In this document: positions 38,010 to 47,255 of the stretch, in pieces
Layout of the letters: every line of letters starts with the position of its first letter
How positions within the stretch are numbered: the first letter of the stretch is position 1
From: Lachnospiraceae bacterium
GTDB lineage: Bacteria; Bacillota; Clostridia; Lachnospirales; Lachnospiraceae
Reading direction: 5' to 3'
DNA length: 64,000 nt
Assembly (NCBI GenBank): GCA_017540355.1
Contig: JAFYBE010000091.1
Coordinates: 274 to 64,273 of the forward strand
Notes under the pieces: generated by a model
The model's input: the letters and a program-made list of their open reading frames with translations, nothing else
The model's database searches: none
What the model was told of the DNA's origin: nothing
Program-made: the position numbers and the translations under genes

Positions 38010-39284
38010 ATGAGTATTAGAGATGATGCAAGAAAAATGAAACTTAAAGCGCCGTATATGGCGAACGCATCCATAGAGGACAGGAATAAGGCTCTTAGGA
38101 TGATATCGGAAGCGCTTAAGGCGGGTGCCGATAAGATATTTGCAGCCAATGCCGAGGATATGGCTGAGGCCGAGAAAAACGGTGTACCCGGAGCCGTATT
38201 AAAGAGGCTTAAGTTTGATGAAGGAAAGCTTAAAGCTTCGACTGACGGTATAGAGAGCCTTATAGGGATTGAAGATCCGATAGGACGAATAACCCTTCAC
38301 AGGCAGCTTGATGAGGGGCTTGTTTTGACGCGCATTTCTTGCCCGATCGGTGTTATCGGTGTTATATTTGAGGCCAGACCCGATGCGATGATCCAGATAG
38401 CTTCCTTATGTATTAAAAGCGGCAACTGTGCAATCCTTAAGGGCGGCAAAGAGACAAAGCAGACCAATAAGGAGATTTTTGCGCTTATACACGAGGCGGT
38501 AAAAAGTGCCGGACTGCCGGAAGAATGTCTGTATCAGGCTACGTCTCACAGTGAGATTGATGAGCTGTTGGACTGCTACGGTGATGTGGATCTTATCATA
38601 CCCAGAGGTTCCAACACTTTTGTAAGATATATCATGGACAATACACGCATACCGGTAATGGGTCATGCGGACGGAATCTGTCATATATATGTAGATAAGG
38701 CGGCCGATCAGGATATGGCGCTTAAGATAATAACGGATGCAAAGATTCAGTATACTGCGGCCTGCAACGCCGTAGAGACCATTCTTGTGCATAAAGATAT
38801 AGCGGATGAATTCCTGCCCAAGTTAAATGATTCTATGGGCAAAGTAGGTGTCACGCTTAAGGGAGACTCTGCTACCAGAGAGATAATACCCGTTGAGGCA
38901 ATAGGCGAAGAGGGATATATAGAATATTTAAGTCTTATGGCTTCGGTTAAGGTTGTTGATGATGTCGTGGAGGCCGTTACCCATATTAACAGCCACGGTT
39001 CGCATCATACCGATGCGATAATCACGGAAGATGACACGGCAGCGAGTCAGTTTATGCAGCTGACGGACTCGGCCGGAGTGTACCGAAACTGTTCGACCAG
39101 ATTTGCAGACGGATTCAGATACGGATTCGGAGCCGAAGTGGGTATAAGTACCAGCAAACTTCATGCCAGAGGACCTGTCGGACTGGACGGGCTTATGACA
39201 TACAAATATATGTTAAACGGAAGCGGTCAGATAGTCGATGATTACGCAAAAGGTGTCAGGGAATTCAGATTCAGGGATTTGTAG
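38010..39284 (+). CDS. proA: Gamma-glutamyl phosphate reductase
   Basis: PIGVIGVIFEARP, KSGNCAILKGGKE, IIPRG, ACNAVET, STRFADG, GAEVGIST, HARGPVGL. Confidence 0.96.
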   Translation: MSIRDDARKMKLKAPYMANASIEDRNKALRMISEALKAGADKIFAANAEDMAEAEKNGVPGAVLKRLKFDEGKLKASTDGIESLIGIEDPIGRITLHRQLDEGLVLTRISCPIGVIGVIFEARPDAMIQIASLCIKSGNCAILKGGKETKQTNKEIFALIHEAVKSAGLPEECLYQATSHSEIDELLDCYGDVDLIIPRGSNTFVRYIMDNTRIPVMGHADGICHIYVDKAADQDMALKIITDAKIQYTAACNAVETILVHKDIADEFLPKLNDSMGKVGVTLKGDSATREIIPVEAIGEEGYIEYLSLMASVKVVDDVVEAVTHINSHGSHHTDAIITEDDTAASQFMQLTDSAGVYRNCSTRFADGFRYGFGAEVGISTSKLHARGPVGLDGLMTYKYMLNGSGQIVDDYAKGVREFRFRDL

Positions 39285-39346
39285 AAATACTTGATTTTTG
39301 AAGGTGCCTCTTGTATAGTATTGTGTAGTTGATTGGAGAGGTATTT

Positions 39347-40366
39347 ATGGCAGATTATACGAAGGTTGCGCTGGATGCCATGGGAGGAGACAATGCTCCC
39401 GGATGCAATGTGGCGGGTGCAATCAGAGCTATCAAGGAAAACAGCAGGCTGATGGTATATCTTGTGGGCAGAGAGGCCGATATCAAGGCATCGATAGCCG
39501 AGAGTGCCAAAGTCGAAGGTGCTGATTATGACAAGGACAGGCTTATTATAGTTGATGCACCCGATGTGATAGAGAATGCGGAACCTCCCGTTATGGCGAT
39601 TCGCAAGAAGAAGGATTCGTCCATAGTCAAGGCTATGAACATGGTTAAGAACGGCGAGTGTGATGCCTATGTTTCGGCAGGATCCACCGGAGCCACGCTT
39701 GTGGGAGGCCAGGTGATAGTCGGAAGAATAAAGGGCGTGGAGAGAGCACCTCTTGCACCGCTTATTCCTACGAAAGACGGAGTATCACTCATCATAGACT
39801 GCGGCGCCAATGTGGACGCAAGACCTTCGATGCTTGTACAGTTTGCCAAGATGGGCTCCATATATATGGAGAGCATAATGGGAGTTAAGAAGCCCAAGGT
39901 TGCGATAGTCAATATCGGAGCCGAAGAAGAGAAGGGCAATACACTCGTTAAAGAGACGTTCCCGCTGCTTAAGTCCTGCCCGGATATTAATTTTATCGGC
40001 AGCATAGAGGCAAGGGATATTCCGGCCGGTGAGGCGGACGTTATAGTCTGTGATGCATTTGTCGGCAATGTTATTCTTAAAACCTTCGAAGGTACGGGCA
40101 ACGTACTTATGGAGAAACTTAAAGAGGCGATGCTGTCCACAACAAGAAGTAAGATAGGTGCCTTGCTTATAAAGCCTTCGCTTAAGAAGACATTAAAGAA
40201 GTTTGATGCTTCCGAATACGGCGGAGCACCGATGCTCGGACTTAACGGTCTGGTGGTTAAGACACACGGAAGCAGCACTCCCAAAGAGATAAGGAATACG
40301 CTTATACAGTGCGTACAGTTCAAAGAACAGAACATAAGCGATAAGATAAAGGCTGTAATAGAATAA
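39347..40366 (+). CDS. plsX: Phosphate acyltransferase PlsX
   Basis: ALDAMGGDNAP, KKDSS, SAGSTGA, DCGANVD, NIGAEEEKG, YGGAPMLG, KTHGSS. Confidence 0.97.
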   Translation: MADYTKVALDAMGGDNAPGCNVAGAIRAIKENSRLMVYLVGREADIKASIAESAKVEGADYDKDRLIIVDAPDVIENAEPPVMAIRKKKDSSIVKAMNMVKNGECDAYVSAGSTGATLVGGQVIVGRIKGVERAPLAPLIPTKDGVSLIIDCGANVDARPSMLVQFAKMGSIYMESIMGVKKPKVAIVNIGAEEEKGNTLVKETFPLLKSCPDINFIGSIEARDIPAGEADVIVCDAFVGNVILKTFEGTGNVLMEKLKEAMLSTTRSKIGALLIKPSLKKTLKKFDASEYGGAPMLGLNGLVVKTHGSSTPKEIRNTLIQCVQFKEQNISDKIKAVIE

Positions 40367-40381
40367 TTCTAGGAGGATTTT

Positions 40382-40612
40382 ATGGAACTTGAGAAGCTTA
40401 AAAAGGTTATAGCGGAAGTACTCAGTGTTGACCCGGAAGAGATCACTATGGAGACAACCTTTATAGACGATCTGGGAGCTGATTCGCTGGATGTGTTCCA
40501 GATTATCATGGGACTGGAGGAAGAATTTGATATAGAGATACCGCCGGAGAAGGCTGAGAAGATAACAACCGTCGGCGAAGCGGTGGAACTTATCAAGAAT
40601 GAAGTAGACTAA
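40382..40612 (+). CDS. acpP: Acyl carrier protein
   Basis: DLGADSLD phosphopantetheine motif; 76 aa, acidic. Confidence 0.96.
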   Translation: MELEKLKKVIAEVLSVDPEEITMETTFIDDLGADSLDVFQIIMGLEEEFDIEIPPEKAEKITTVGEAVELIKNEVD

Positions 40613-40620
40613 ATCGGATC

Positions 40621-40645
40621 AAAAAGCCCACAAAAAGGGCTTTTT
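40621..40645 (+). terminator. Probable terminator after acpP
   Basis: AAAAAGCCC-ACAAAAA-GGGCTTTTT. Confidence 0.6.
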
Positions 40646-40666
40646 GGTTTGTAAAGGAGTACACTT

Positions 40667-41374
40667 GTGGATTCTGTAAGAATTGCAGGGGACCAGAGAG
40701 AACTTGAAGAAAAAATAGGATATTTTTTTAAGAACAAGGACCTGTTGTCTCAGTCGTTGACGCACAGCTCATATGCAAATGAGCGCAAGACGGACAAAAA
40801 ACCCGATTATGAGAGATTGGAGTTTTTGGGAGATGCGGTACTTGAACTTGTATCGAGTGACTATCTGTTTCACAGGAATAAAGACCTGCCGGAAGGTAAG
40901 CTGACCAAGCTAAGAGCATCGATGGTATGCGAACCTGCCCTTGCCGGCTGTGCGAGGGATATCGGACTTGAGGCATACATTCTGCTTGGAAAGGGAGAAG
41001 AACATACAGGCGGAAGAGATAGGGATTCGATAATATCCGATGTTATGGAAGCTTTAATCGGAGCTGTATATCTTGACGGCGGAATAGATGAGGCGAGAAG
41101 TCTTATCCATACTTTTGTCTTGGAAAAGCAAAAGGAAAAGATATCTTTCCGTGACAGTAAGACGATTCTTCAGGAACTTGTTCAGGCCGGAGATTATAAG
41201 AGTTTTGAATACAGGCTTGTCGGCCAGAAAGGTCCGGACCATGACAAGACGTTTATGGCAGAAGCGGTCCTTGACGGTGAAGTCATAGGATACGGTGAGG
41301 GAAGGACTAAGAAGGCGGCCGAGCAGAGTGCGGCCGAGAAGGCAATAGAAAGAATAAAAACAGGCAGTAGGTAG
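40667..41374 (+). CDS. rnc: Ribonuclease III
   Basis: ERLEFLGDAVL, DVMEALIGAVYLD, dsRBD (KTILQE, GPDH, KKAAEQ). Confidence 0.97.
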   Translation: MDSVRIAGDQRELEEKIGYFFKNKDLLSQSLTHSSYANERKTDKKPDYERLEFLGDAVLELVSSDYLFHRNKDLPEGKLTKLRASMVCEPALAGCARDIGLEAYILLGKGEEHTGGRDRDSIISDVMEALIGAVYLDGGIDEARSLIHTFVLEKQKEKISFRDSKTILQELVQAGDYKSFEYRLVGQKGPDHDKTFMAEAVLDGEVIGYGEGRTKKAAEQSAAEKAIERIKTGSR

Positions 41375-41376
41375 AT

Positions 41377-44300
41377 ATGTATCTAAAGAGTATTGAGGTT
41401 CAGGGCTTTAAGTCCTTTGCCAATAAAATAAGTTTTCAGTTCCATAACGGTATTACCGGTATAGTCGGACCCAACGGTTCGGGTAAGAGTAATGTTGCAG
41501 ATGCGGTAAGATGGGTGCTTGGTGAGCAGAGAATCAAGCAGCTTCGAGGCGCATCCATGCAGGATGTCATCTTTGCCGGTACACAGATGCGTAAGCCCTT
41601 AAGCTATGCATATGTGGCAATCACATTGGATAATTCCGACCATCAGCTTGCAATTGATTTTGATGAAGTGACTGTGGCCAGAAGACTGTATCGTTCCGGT
41701 GAAAGTGAGTACCTTATCAACGGTGCGCCCTGCAGACTTAAGGACATCAGTGAGATGTTCTACGATACCGGTATAGGTAAGGAAGGTTATTCCATCATAG
41801 GACAGGGTCAGATTGATGCGATTCTTTCGGGCAAGCCGGAAGACAGAAGAGAGCTTTTTGATGAGGCCGCAGGTATCGTCAAGTTCAAAAGACGCAAGAT
41901 TGCATCAGAGAAAAAACTTGAAGAAGAACGCAACAACCTTGTGCGTGTTTCGGATATATTAAACGAACTTGAAAAGCAGGTAGGACCTTTGGAGCGTCAG
42001 GCTTCAAAAGCAAGGGTATATCTTGATAAGAAGCAGGAACTTAAGACGGTGGATGTCAATATGTTCCTGCTGGAGAACAACTCAATAAAGGATCAGCTTA
42101 ATGACACCAATGTCAACTTGGAGAATACCATAAGAGAGTATGAAGAAGCTGATGCAAAGTACGAAAGCACAAAGCAGGAGTATGACGAGACCATAACCGC
42201 TATCGAAGAACTTGAGAAGACGATAGAGGAAGAGCGTAATGCTTTAAGTGAGACGGGCAGTGTACGCCAGCGTCTTGAAAGCCAGATAGAACTGTTAAAA
42301 GAGCAGATCAATTCCATAAGGGGCAATGAAGCCCATCTTGATAACCGTAAGGAGAGCGTATCAAAGGAACTTGAAGCCAAGCAGGCGGAAGAGGAAAATG
42401 TTGATAAGCAGAAAGGCCTTATTGATGAGAAGCTTAAAGCTGCAAGCGACAAGAAGGAAGAGATAGAGCGCAAGCTTGCCGAAGTTCAGTCACGTATCGA
42501 GGCGACCAACACGGATATTGAGAACAGTAAAAACGATATTATCGGTGCCTTGAATGAGCGTGCCAATATCAGATCGCGCGCTGAACGTATTACTGCGATG
42601 CAGGAGCAGATAGACATCAGGAAGGCCGAACTGACAAGTAAGCTTGTGTCAGCGCGTACGGATGAGGCCAAGCAGCAGGATGTTATCAAGCAGTATGAGG
42701 ATGAATTCGAGAAGATATCCGAGGAGATCAACGGACTTAACGCTACCGAAAAAGAAAAGGAAGAAAAGGTAGCAAAATATAAGGAAGAACTTACGTCGAT
42801 GGATGCAAGCCTGCGTGATATGCAGGTTAAGTATCATCAGGACAAGAGTAAGCTTGAGGCATTATCCAACATTACGGAACGTTATGAGGGTTACGGCGGC
42901 TCCGTTAAGCGTGTCATGGAGCAGAAGGATAAGCATAAGGGTATCATCGGTGTTGTAGCCGATATCATATCTTCGGACAAGAAGTATGAGACGGCCATCG
43001 AGACAGCTTTGGGCGGCAATATTCAGAACATAGTTACAGACGATGAAGAGACCGCCAAGAAGATGATAGCTTTCCTTAAGCAGGAAAAAGCCGGAAGAGC
43101 TACATTCCTGCCGCTTACAAGTATCAAGCATCCGCAGGAGTTTAAAACACCCGAAGTGCTTGATGAAAAGGGCGTACTCGGACTTGCGGACAGTCTTGTT
43201 AAGACCAAGAAAGAATATATAAATGTTGCCAGGGCTATGCTTGGAAGGATAGTTGTTGTTGACAATGTTGACAATGCGGTCAAGATAGCACGTAAGTATG
43301 ATTACGGCATCAGAATGGTTACTCTTGAGGGTGAGCTGCTTGTTCCCGGCGGAGCCATAAGTGGTGGTGCGTTTAAGAATAACAGCAATCTCTTGTCAAG
43401 ACGTCGTGAGATGGATGAACTTAATAAGGGCATTACCGATGCTCTTAAGGAGATTGACAGACTCTTATCCGCTATAGAGGACACCAAGACAAAGCGTAAT
43501 GAAGAAAGAGTTGAGATAGAGAAGCTTAAACTTGTTCTGCAGGAGAAGTTCATTGCACAGAATACGGCAAGACTTAATCTTACGGCCGCACGTAACAGGC
43601 AGGAAGAGAATAAGGCCGATTATGACAGCTTAAAGAGTGAGTCTGCGGAACTTGATAAGCAGGTGCTCGACAATACGGCCGAAAAGGAGAATATCGAAAA
43701 AGAACTTGAGGCTTCGGTAAAACTCGAAAAAGACAAGACGGCTCATATAGAAGAGATGCAAAAGCTGCTTGATAAGGATCACGAGGAAGAGAGCAAAGTA
43801 TCGGATGAGCTTAAGCTTGCAGAGGTTGAAGCGGAGAAGATACTCCAGCAGGTTGGATTTGAACAGCAGAACCTCGACAGAATCAAGGCCGAAAGAGAAC
43901 GCTTTGAGGCTGAACTTAACGAGATTTTGGGTGAGATCGGCGGCGGAGCCAAGGCTATTGAAGAAAAAGAGAACAACATAAAAGAGTTGGAAGAGACAAT
44001 CAAGGCCTCTCATACCGCAGAAGAAGAGACGAATGACAAGCTTGCCGAAGATATAAAGAAAAAGGAAGAACTGTCGGAGAAGCAGAAGAATTTCTTTACG
44101 GTCAGAGAAGAACTCAGTGAGACGAGAGCACGTCTAGATAAGGAGAAATATCGATTACAGGCTGCGGTTGAGAAGTTGAGTGAGTCCATACAGACTCAGA
44201 TAGACTACATGTGGAATGAATATGAGATCACATTAAGGGATGCCGAGAACTTAAGAAATCCCGAGATGAATGATTTGTCGAGCATGAAGTCGACCGCAAC

Positions 44301-44934
44301 AACTTTAAGAGATGAGATAAGAAAGCTCGGTGATGTAAACGTCGGAGCAATCGAGGAATACAAGCAGGTATCTGAGAGATATACATTCCTTAAGACTCAG
44401 CACGATGATCTGGTTGAAGCAGAGAAGACCCTTATGGGTATAATAGAAGAACTTGATACCGCAATGCGCAAGCAGTTTAAGGAAAAGTTTCATGCAATCG
44501 AGACCGAGTTTGATAAGGTATTCAAGGAACTGTTCGGAGGCGGACAGGGTACACTTGAACTTATGGAAGACCAGGATATTCTTGAAGCGGGCATCAGGAT
44601 AGAGGCACAGCCACCGGGCAAAAAACTTCAGAATATGATGCAGTTATCCGGTGGAGAAAAGGCTCTTACGGCCATAGCGCTGTTATTTGCAATACAGAAC
44701 TTAAAACCTTCGCCTTTCTGTCTTCTGGATGAGATAGAAGCCGCGCTTGATGAGAGCAACGTTGAGCGCTTTGCCAAGTATCTTCATAAGCTTACGAAGC
44801 ATACACAGTTTATTGTTATCACGCACAGACGCGGAACGATGGAAAGAGCCGACAGACTCTACGGTATAACGATGCAGGAGAAGGGCGTATCGACACTTGT
44901 AAGTGTTAATCTTGTTGAGGAGGCGCTCACGTAA
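41377..44934 (+). CDS. smc: Chromosome partition protein Smc
   Basis: GFKSFA, GPNGSGKSN, hinge GRATFLPL, LSGGEK, LDEIEAALD, long coiled coils. Confidence 0.98.
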   Translation: MYLKSIEVQGFKSFANKISFQFHNGITGIVGPNGSGKSNVADAVRWVLGEQRIKQLRGASMQDVIFAGTQMRKPLSYAYVAITLDNSDHQLAIDFDEVTVARRLYRSGESEYLINGAPCRLKDISEMFYDTGIGKEGYSIIGQGQIDAILSGKPEDRRELFDEAAGIVKFKRRKIASEKKLEEERNNLVRVSDILNELEKQVGPLERQASKARVYLDKKQELKTVDVNMFLLENNSIKDQLNDTNVNLENTIREYEEADAKYESTKQEYDETITAIEELEKTIEEERNALSETGSVRQRLESQIELLKEQINSIRGNEAHLDNRKESVSKELEAKQAEEENVDKQKGLIDEKLKAASDKKEEIERKLAEVQSRIEATNTDIENSKNDIIGALNERANIRSRAERITAMQEQIDIRKAELTSKLVSARTDEAKQQDVIKQYEDEFEKISEEINGLNATEKEKEEKVAKYKEELTSMDASLRDMQVKYHQDKSKLEALSNITERYEGYGGSVKRVMEQKDKHKGIIGVVADIISSDKKYETAIETALGGNIQNIVTDDEETAKKMIAFLKQEKAGRATFLPLTSIKHPQEFKTPEVLDEKGVLGLADSLVKTKKEYINVARAMLGRIVVVDNVDNAVKIARKYDYGIRMVTLEGELLVPGGAISGGAFKNNSNLLSRRREMDELNKGITDALKEIDRLLSAIEDTKTKRNEERVEIEKLKLVLQEKFIAQNTARLNLTAARNRQEENKADYDSLKSESAELDKQVLDNTAEKENIEKELEASVKLEKDKTAHIEEMQKLLDKDHEEESKVSDELKLAEVEAEKILQQVGFEQQNLDRIKAERERFEAELNEILGEIGGGAKAIEEKENNIKELEETIKASHTAEEETNDKLAEDIKKKEELSEKQKNFFTVREELSETRARLDKEKYRLQAAVEKLSESIQTQIDYMWNEYEITLRDAENLRNPEMNDLSSMKSTATTLRDEIRKLGDVNVGAIEEYKQVSERYTFLKTQHDDLVEAEKTLMGIIEELDTAMRKQFKEKFHAIETEFDKVFKELFGGGQGTLELMEDQDILEAGIRIEAQPPGKKLQNMMQLSGGEKALTAIALLFAIQNLKPSPFCLLDEIEAALDESNVERFAKYLHKLTKHTQFIVITHRRGTMERADRLYGITMQEKGVSTLVSVNLVEEALT

Positions 44935-45914
44935 TGGCAGGTTTTTTCGGAAGGCTTAAAGAAGGCCTGACTAAAACAAGAGACAATATAGTCGGCGGTA
45001 TAGAGAGCGTATTTTCCGGACATGATAAGATAGACGATGAATTCTACGAAGAACTCGAAGAGATTCTTATTATGGGCGATGTGGGAGTACATGCCACGGA
45101 AGAGATTCTTGATAAACTTAAAGAGGATGTGCGTGCAAATCACATAAGGGTACCTGCGGAATGTCGACAGTTTCTTATAGACGGCATTAAGGAGCAGATG
45201 AAGGTATCCAGAGAGGACTACGACTTCCTGTCTCAGCCGAGTGTGGTTATGGTTATCGGCGTTAACGGCGTGGGCAAGACCACAACTATCGGAAAACTTG
45301 CGGCAATCTATCGTAAGAGAGGCAAGAAGGTACTCATAGCCGCAGCCGATACATTCCGTGCGGCAGCTACGGAACAGCTTGAAGAGTGGGCCAAGAGAGC
45401 AGAAGTGGATATTATATCCGCGGGAGAAGGAGCGGATCCTTCAAGCGTATTGTTTGATGCTACGAATGCGGCCAAGAGCAGAGGGGCAGATGTTCTTTTG
45501 TGCGATACAGCAGGAAGACTTCATAATAAAAAGAACCTCATGAATGAGCTTGAGAAGATGAACCGTATCATTGACAGGAATCTTCCGGATTACAAACGTG
45601 AGAATCTTATAGTTCTGGACGGTACGACCGGACAGAACGCACTGATACAGGCAAAAGAATTCTCAGAAGTTGCACCTTTGTCAGGCATAGTAATCACAAA
45701 GATGGACGGAACGGCCAAGGGAGGCATCGCAATTGCGATTCAGTCCGAGCTTAATATCCCCGTTAAGTTCATCGGAGTCGGTGAGAGAATATCGGATCTG
45801 CAGGAATTTGATGCGGATACATTCGTTAAGGCACTTTTTGATACGGGTGAGGAACCCGAAGAAGAACCCACAGAGGCTGAAGATAAGGATGATTATTTTC
45901 ATTGGCCGGACTAA
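44934..45914 (+). CDS. ftsY: SRP receptor FtsY
   Basis: GVNGVGKTTT, DTFRAAA, DTAGRL, TKMDGTAKGG. Confidence 0.97.
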   Translation: MAGFFGRLKEGLTKTRDNIVGGIESVFSGHDKIDDEFYEELEEILIMGDVGVHATEEILDKLKEDVRANHIRVPAECRQFLIDGIKEQMKVSREDYDFLSQPSVVMVIGVNGVGKTTTIGKLAAIYRKRGKKVLIAAADTFRAAATEQLEEWAKRAEVDIISAGEGADPSSVLFDATNAAKSRGADVLLCDTAGRLHNKKNLMNELEKMNRIIDRNLPDYKRENLIVLDGTTGQNALIQAKEFSEVAPLSGIVITKMDGTAKGGIAIAIQSELNIPVKFIGVGERISDLQEFDADTFVKALFDTGEEPEEEPTEAEDKDDYFHWPD

Positions 45915-45916
45915 TA

Positions 45917-46000
45917 GGATGAACTGATTCTGACAGCTCATGGCAAGGGCTGTTTCGCTGAGAATCGGTAACATCCCTACGGTTCGCTGAAGGCGAACCG
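45917..46000. repeat. Structured intergenic element, copy B
   Basis: Homologous to 32614-32694. Stems GGATG/CATCC, GATTCT/AGAATC, ACAGCTC/GGGCTGT, then CGGTTCGC-TGAAG-GCGAACCG abutting the AGGAGG RBS. Confidence 0.75.
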
Positions 46001-46014
46001 AGGAGGATATAGAG

Positions 46015-47226
46015 ATGCTTACACTTGACAGATTTGAAGAAGCCTGCGAGGCGGTTAACAAAGTTACGCAGGAGACAAAGCTCATATACAGTGATTATCT
46101 GAGCGCACAGACGGGCGGAAAGGTATACCTTAAGCCTGAGAATATGCAGTTTACCGGAGCATATAAGTTAAGGGGTGCATATTATAAGATAAGCACATTA
46201 AGCGAAGAGGAGAGGTCAAAAGGACTTATCACGGCTTCAGCAGGTAATCATGCACAGGGAGTTGCATATGCTGCAAAGTGTTTCGGGGCAAAGGCCGTAA
46301 TTGTAATGCCTACGACAACACCCCTTATAAAGGTTAATCGTACAAAGAGTTACGGTGCAGAGGTAGTTCTCTACGGAGATGTATATGATGAGGCCTGTGC
46401 ACATGCGCTTGAACTTGCAAAAGAGCACGGATATACTTTCATCCACCCATTTGATGACGTAGCGGTGGCTACGGGTCAGGGTACAATAGCGATGGAAATA
46501 TTCAAGGAACTTCCGCTTGTGGATTATATACTTGTTCCTGTCGGAGGAGGCGGGCTGGCTACGGGCGTATCAGTTCTGGCCAAACTGTTAAATCCCAAGA
46601 TACGTGTCATAGGTGTTGAACCTGCCGGTGCGGCATGTCTTAAGGCATCGCTTGAAGCCGGTAAAGTTGTGACTCTCCCCGGAGTCAACACCATAGCCGA
46701 CGGTACGGCCGTAAAGACACCGGGTAAAGAGATATTCCCTTATCTTAAGGACAATCTTGATGATATCATCACAGTTGACGACGAAGACTTGGTTGTTGCT
46801 TTCCTTGATATGGTTGAGAATCACAAGATGATTGTGGAGAACTCGGGACTTTTGACTGTTGCGGCACTTAAGCAGCTTGATTTAAAGGACAAGAGAGTTG
46901 TTTCGATTCTTTCGGGCGGTAATATGGATGTCATTACGATGTCATCCGTGGTTCAGCAGGGACTTATCATGAGAGACAGAATATTTACCGTATCGGTATT
47001 GCTTCCCGACAAGCCGGGAGAACTGACACGTGTGTCATCTGTCATTGCCACGGAGAACGGCAATGTTATCAAACTGGAGCATAACCAGTTTGTATCAATC
47101 AACCGTAACGCGGCGGTTGAACTTCGCATCACACTTGAGGCTTTCGGAACGGAGCATAAGGAGAGCATTTTAAAGCGCCTTGAAGAAGAAGGATATAAGC
47201 CCAAGATAGTAAGGACCAACATATAG
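46015..47226 (+). CDS. ilvA: Threonine ammonia-lyase with C-terminal ACT domain
   Basis: KPENMQFTGAYKLRGA, SAGNHAQG, HPFDD, GQGT, PVGGGGL, SGGN, LPDKPGEL. Confidence 0.92.
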   Translation: MLTLDRFEEACEAVNKVTQETKLIYSDYLSAQTGGKVYLKPENMQFTGAYKLRGAYYKISTLSEEERSKGLITASAGNHAQGVAYAAKCFGAKAVIVMPTTTPLIKVNRTKSYGAEVVLYGDVYDEACAHALELAKEHGYTFIHPFDDVAVATGQGTIAMEIFKELPLVDYILVPVGGGGLATGVSVLAKLLNPKIRVIGVEPAGAACLKASLEAGKVVTLPGVNTIADGTAVKTPGKEIFPYLKDNLDDIITVDDEDLVVAFLDMVENHKMIVENSGLLTVAALKQLDLKDKRVVSILSGGNMDVITMSSVVQQGLIMRDRIFTVSVLLPDKPGELTRVSSVIATENGNVIKLEHNQFVSINRNAAVELRITLEAFGTEHKESILKRLEEEGYKPKIVRTNI

Positions 47227-47255
47227 ACATTCAGACGGGATAAAGGAGAGTTTTT

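Noticed and set aside
45914-46015. T-box or attenuator peptide upstream of ilvA
   Set aside because: No T-box motif, no Thr/Ile-rich leader ORF and no U-tailed terminator. The region is explained by the structured repeat element.
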